The position numbers were made by a program, and so were the translations under genes. From Schmidtea polychroa (lineage: Eukaryota): DNA of 64,000 nt. The notes under the pieces are model-generated. The model had not been told where the DNA came from and made no database searches. It saw only the letters and a program-made list of their open reading frames with translations. The stretch lies in contig CM097885.1 in the NCBI GenBank assembly GCA_044892525.1, forward strand, positions 124,001 to 188,000, written 5' to 3'. Shown one piece after another: positions 61,390 to 64,000 of this stretch (positions are counted from its first letter, which is position 1; every line of letters starts with the position of its first letter).

Positions 61390-62360
61390 AAAAAATGACA
61401 AAAATTCAAACCTTGATGGCGCAGTGGGAATAGACTGGCACAGTGGTTCAAATGGATAGTGGTTCAAATCACATCTGAGGTTAGTTTTTTTTCAACATAA
61501 AATAATATTAAAAATTTGAAAATAATAGTGTGGGTATCTTATATTAATAAAGTACTTGTATATTTTATTTTATTTTATTTTATTTATTTTATTTATTTTA
61601 TTTATTTTATTTATTTTATTGATTTTATTGATTTTATTTATTATTTTATTTTTTAAACATAAATATGAAAAAACAAATATTGAAACGGGTGATGGTGGCG
61701 AACCGGTAATTATCTCCACCTGTCTTTCGAACACCCCCGAATCGATCCCGGTTATGTGCACATTTATTTCTCAGTTGTTTTCGGACCTCTTTCGGATTCG
61801 CTTTCGAATTCATTTGTACTTTCGAGCAGCACGCTTAAAACGCCGTTGAAATCGACTTCGTGAGCGAGAAGCGAATAATAAGGTGTGCTGCTATTATCGG
61901 ATTGATTCTGATGTATGAGTCTGGCCAGCTTGTATATTGGAAGAGATTCGATAAACGAAAGAGGTTGATAAATAAAAAAAAATGATCCGGATCAAAAAAA
62001 ACTGTTGAGGGGACAGTGAAAAAAAAAAAAAAATACCACTGTCCCCTCAGAGCAGTTTTACTATTTTTCATTTATTTTTTAATTTATATAATTTAAAATC
62101 AATAATCTGATAAAGATCAAATAGCCCTCTAACTTTTTCATAATGCCATTTTCTTTTCTATTCTCTTTTTAGTTTGAAGTTTTTGAGTTTGAGGCTTTAA
62201 AGATTAAAACAGTTAGAGTCATTAAGGGTGGTTGTTTTCAAAATATAGGGTTAAAATACTATAAAAGTATAAGTTTTAGGTTGTTTTTCTAACAGCTTAA
62301 GTGATTTGGAGGCATCTTTTTGTAGGGGGCTGTTTTAGTTGGGTATATAACCACACTACT
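61390..62360 (-). repeat. Right TIR (imperfect)
   Basis: Reverse-complement similarity to 47017-47950; ends ACTACT. Confidence 0.88.
61409..61492 (+). ncRNA. Pol III type-2 (tRNA-like) unit, tandem duplicate in the right TIR
   Basis: Same boxes, terminal stem and T8 terminator; part of a ~230 bp direct duplication. Confidence 0.6.
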
Positions 62361-63040
62361 CATTATATAAGGTTTATATTTTCAAATTATGTAAATAAAA
62401 GTGTATTTTTATCAAAAAGGTAAGTTAAAGCTTATAATTTTAAATAAAGTAAATTAAAGAATATGTTTGGTAAACAATGGCTATATTTTAAAATTAAGTA
62501 AATTAAGGGATAAATCTATAAATTAAGTATATAACTGGCTATATTTTAAAATTAAGTAAACAAGGGTTACTTTTTCAAAATTAAGGGATAAATTTACTAA
62601 TATGGTAAATTAAAGGCTAAATATTTGAATTAAGTAAGGTAAGGGTTATATTTTAAAATTAAGAAACGTTTAGGCTGTATTTTAAACCGGAGGTTCGTGC
62701 TCCCGTGGGTCACTGACTACGTACTCTGTAATTTCCAAATTTTACATTTTGAATTTCTAATGAGTTTTTAGTTTGATTTTAGTTGAACTTCATTTGATCT
62801 TAGACCATTTATTGTTAGAAGAACCCTCAATGTTCATAAAAATAATTAGGTTTCGGGACTTTCATTATCGTAAAACATAGTTGTTCGTAAATATTTAGTC
62901 ATTTGTGGAAGTAAAATAAATTTAAAGTAAAATTTAAAAAATGACTAAAATAACCAATAAAATCATTGTTAAATATAATTAATTACATATTTGTTACTAT
63001 TTATACTATATTAAATCAAATTCTTAACCAAACGATAACA

Positions 63041-63619
63041 ATGACAACCAGAAAACCTTCAGGATCAAAATCTGCATATATTTGCTTTATGCAGTCATTC
63101 AGAGAAAAATATAAAATCAAATACCCAAATATCAAACCAAATTTTGTTGAAATTTCGAAGCTCGCTGCAGAAAAGTGGAAGAAAAAACCAGAAATTAAAA
63201 AGGCGAAGTTCCGTGAGTTGGCAGTAATTGACAAGAAACGTCACGATGACGAAATGGTTAATTACAAACCGAGTGAAGCAGACATTAAAAAGAAGGAAGA
63301 GAAGAAAAAAGCAAAACGAGCAGCAAAAGATCCAAGAAAACCAAAACAGCCAGTGAGCGCTTTTCTGTTTTTCTGTGCTAAATTTAGAACTTCCGTTAAA
63401 AAGTCAAAACCAAATTTTAAAATTGTTGATGTTTCCAGAGAACTGGGTAAAATGTGGAAAGAATGCAAGGAAAGAGATGAATATGAAAATATGGCTAAAA
63501 TAGCAAAGGCAGAATATGAAAAAGAAATGAAAATATATAATGACATTATAAAAAGAGATTTAATTAAAATTGAAGATTGTGTAAAAAAGGAATTTGTAGA
63601 GAATACAATTTCTGATTGA
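63041..63619 (+). CDS. Intronless HMGB-like protein with two HMG boxes
   Basis: KPSGSKSAYICF..NFVEISKLAAEKWK and KDPRKPKQPVSAFLFFC..DVSRELGKMW. No long acidic tail; first ATG at 63041. Confidence 0.88.
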   Translation: MTTRKPSGSKSAYICFMQSFREKYKIKYPNIKPNFVEISKLAAEKWKKKPEIKKAKFRELAVIDKKRHDDEMVNYKPSEADIKKKEEKKKAKRAAKDPRKPKQPVSAFLFFCAKFRTSVKKSKPNFKIVDVSRELGKMWKECKERDEYENMAKIAKAEYEKEMKIYNDIIKRDLIKIEDCVKKEFVENTISD

Positions 63620-64000
63620 AAGTTTAATTAATTTATTTGTATTTATATGTTATTATATTTATAATAATAGTATAAAACTAAATATGATAAAATTATGTAA
63701 TGTACTATGTATTGTTAAAACCATTTTAATGTTTTTATGTAATGCGTAATTTTGTTTTCTTGTATATTTAAATTATTGTATTTTTATCAAATATAATAAA
63801 AAATAACAAATAAATCACTTTCTAATTTTAGACGTTATGTAATTTGTTTACAGTATGATAGTATTATGATTTGTTTTCCGTGTTAGGCAAATTAATTAAT
63901 TATAAATGAATTTTCAAAATTACTCAAAATTGCAAACATTATTTCAAAAGAAAAATGTTAGTTTCAATGTTATAATTATTAATATTTTCTCTCATTAATA

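Larger units (their letters stand above)
47017..62360. mobile_element. Near-complete Polinton/Maverick (PLA2-encoding, beta-adintovirus-like), 15.3 kb
   Basis: AGTAGTGTG...CACACTACT termini, ~0.95 kb imperfect TIRs, and MCP, integrase, ATPase, protease, penton and pPolB all present. No matching TSD (TTGAAT vs CATTAT). Confidence 0.95.

Noticed and set aside
61556..62071. ORFs in the GC-richer part of the right TIR
   Set aside because: Begin in low-complexity tracts and are interrupted by indels or stops in the left TIR copy.

Overview
AT-rich eukaryotic (animal-like) DNA with (AAT)n microsatellites and ~40-50 bp introns; the organism cannot be determined. The window is dominated by nested Polinton/Maverick (adintovirus-like) elements. 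Left 21 kb: an open pPolB running off the left edge, and a decayed minus-strand Polinton module (pPolB, Bcl-2-like/integrase-chromodomain fusion, penton, Gly-rich protein, major capsid, adenain protease). Its capsid gene is split by an 8.9 kb non-autonomous Polinton (AGTAGT termini, ~2.3 kb TIRs, 6-bp TSD TTTCTA) that carries a candidate structured RNA beginning with an SRP Alu-like fold. 21.3-45.5 kb: ~19.5 tandem copies of a ~1244 bp unit made of degenerate 17-mers plus a tRNA-like Pol III cassette that is homologous to a subterminal segment of the neighbouring Polinton. 47.0-62.4 kb: a near-complete 15.3 kb PLA2-type Polinton (capsid, ZnF-PLA2-integrase fusion, ATPase, protease, penton, fibre-like protein, pPolB; penton and pPolB disrupted) inserted at a ubiquitin-like sequence, with five outward-facing Pol III A/B-box units near its ends. 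An intronless two-box HMG gene lies near the right end. All family calls rest on motif recognition by eye; no searches were run.
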